A stretch of DNA of 52,969 bases from an uncultured Deinococcaceae bacterium (lineage in GTDB: Bacteria > Deinococcota > Deinococci > Deinococcales > Deinococcaceae), in assembly GCA_964252075.1 (NCBI GenBank), contig CAXULY010000038.1, positions 1 through 52,969 of the forward strand, in the 5' to 3' direction. Under the pieces are notes generated by a model. The model ran no database searches, was not told where the DNA came from, and saw only the letters and a program-made list of their open reading frames with translations. Shown in pieces: positions 50,107 to 52,969 of the stretch; within the stretch, counting starts at the first letter, position 1; the number at the start of each line of letters is the position of its first letter. A program made the translations under genes and the position numbers.

Positions 50107-50331
50107 TCAGATCACGCCGCCGCCCAGCGTGAGGCGCAGGGCCGCCACGGTCAGCACCACCACGTTCAGGATGAGGCCGCCGCGCACGCGGCTGACGGCG
50201 CCCAGAATCACGCCAGCAATGCCGAGCGGCAGGGTGAGGAACCAGTTGGTCCAGCCGAGCAGCGGAATGAGGCCCAGCAGCAGCGCGACGGCGGCCAGGA
50301 TGCCCAGCAGGATCGAGAAGGTGTTCGCCAT
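50107..50331 (-). CDS. Small three-TM membrane protein
   Basis: 74-aa hydrophobic ORF with host codon usage (IPLLGWTNW...RLTLGGGVI). Confidence 0.75.
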   Translation of the reverse strand: MANTFSILLGILAAVALLLGLIPLLGWTNWFLTLPLGIAGVILGAVSRVRGGLILNVVVLTVAALRLTLGGGVI

Positions 50332-50374
50332 GCCACCGATACGCTGAGCACCCCGCCCGGGTTGCGTGCGTGCC

Positions 50375-50890
50375 TCAGCGCGCGTACGGGCCGCGGTTCA
50401 GGAGGGGCACCACCGCCAGCACGAGGGTCTGCTCCCACAGCGCCTGCGCGCTCAGCAGGCCGCCCGTGAGCCAGGCGAGCGCCGCCTCGTGCCCGCGACC
50501 GGGCGCCATGTCCTCCAGGATGTCGCCCAGCGTCTCTCCGGCGTGCAGGCGCCGCCCGATGTCGTCGGGGAGCCGCAGGCTCGCGCTGCGCGACGTGGCG
50601 TCCCGACCACCGTGCGCGACGACGGCCACGCCGTACAGCCAGCTGCGGTGACCGCCACCCAGCGCGACGCCCCCCTCCAGCCCCACGCCCCAGCACGCGC
50701 CCGGCTGATCGAGGGCCGCCCAGGCGCGGTTCGCGGCGCCCTCGTGGGTCTCCTCGAACCCCACGGGCTGCGCCGCCACCCCGGACGACAGCGCGACGGC
50801 GCGCACCGCGAGTTCCGGGTACGTGCGCCCGAACACGGCCCTCGTGGCCGCCACCTTGACCGCATTCGTGCTGCCCACGATCACGTCCAT
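50375..50890 (-). CDS. yjjX: Inosine/xanthosine triphosphatase (YjjX/DUF84)
   Basis: VGSTNAVKV, SGVAAQP, GAANRA, GLEGG. Confidence 0.85.
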   Translation of the reverse strand: MDVIVGSTNAVKVAATRAVFGRTYPELAVRAVALSSGVAAQPVGFEETHEGAANRAWAALDQPGACWGVGLEGGVALGGGHRSWLYGVAVVAHGGRDATSRSASLRLPDDIGRRLHAGETLGDILEDMAPGRGHEAALAWLTGGLLSAQALWEQTLVLAVVPLLNRGPYAR

Positions 50891-51037
50891 GGCCCCCCCG
50901 GGGCGCGGCCCACTCGCGCGGTGCAGTGGACGGGTCACACCCTCGCTTAAATCTTTGCACAAGGCCAGATTCAGGCACCTTGGGCGGGCCTCAGGCGGAC
51001 CCATGGCGCGGTCCGTCAAGCTGAGCAGTGAGGACCG

Positions 51038-51469
51038 ATGCTGCCCGACGCCACCGAACTGCCCGCCCGCCCCCTGGAGATCCTGCTCGTCGAGGACTTC
51101 GAGCCTGACGTTCTGCTCGCGCGCATCGCGCTGGAGGAATCCCCTGTGGCGTCGCACATGCAGGTGGCGTGGGACGGTCAGGACGCCCTGAACCTCATGC
51201 AGGCGAATGGCGGCCCACCGGACCTGATCCTGCTCGACCTGCACATGCCCCGCATGGACGGCCTGCAACTGCTGGACGCGCTGCACACCGAGGCGGCCCT
51301 GGCGTCCATCCCGGTGGTGGTGTTGACCACCAGCGCGTCCGACCTGGGCCTGCTGGGTGCGCGCCAGTCGTGGGTGCAGCTGTACCTAGAGAAGCCCCTG
51401 AACGCGCGGGACGTCACGCGGGTGTTTCAGACGCTGTTCGGGCTGACAGGTCCGGCATCTGGGGGCTGA
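51038..51469 (+). CDS. Single-domain response regulator (Rcp/CheY-like)
   Basis: LLVED, DLILLDLHMPRMDG, PVVVLTTS, KP. Confidence 0.88.
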   Translation: MLPDATELPARPLEILLVEDFEPDVLLARIALEESPVASHMQVAWDGQDALNLMQANGGPPDLILLDLHMPRMDGLQLLDALHTEAALASIPVVVLTTSASDLGLLGARQSWVQLYLEKPLNARDVTRVFQTLFGLTGPASGG

Positions 51470-51478
51470 GGGCGCCGC

Positions 51479-52968
<1,490 letters not shown>

Positions 52969-52969
52969 C

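Noticed and set aside
51038..51469. Orphan response regulator as part of a novel light-sensing module
   Set aside because: No phytochrome or histidine kinase in the window; single-domain Rcp-like regulators are common in Deinococcus.

Overview
High-GC (roughly 70% by eye) chromosomal window, almost certainly from a Deinococcus species (DR2241-family CbiX fusion, DdrH-like protein, LysY-type ArgC, many TAnnnT boxes directly before start codons). It is mostly housekeeping: recR-ybaB, infC-rpmI-rplT, ppgK, trkH/trkA, moaA, acs, pyrE, mqnB, tRNA-Glu and lysY/argC. Four parts stand out. (i) An envelope operon of SpoIID lytic transglycosylase, an LptD-like outer-membrane barrel with the diagnostic cysteines, and a lipoprotein, in a lineage not known to make lipid A/LPS. 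(ii) An operon of three roadblock/LC7 genes with no GTPase. (iii) An NrtR regulator with a GT-N7-AC palindrome over its own start codon. (iv) A mosaic Wzx/Wzy polysaccharide locus (about 36.7-50.1 kb) with a very AT-rich core and a decayed right junction. No CRISPR, rRNA, integrase or transposase was seen. All calls come from reading motifs by eye; no database search was run.
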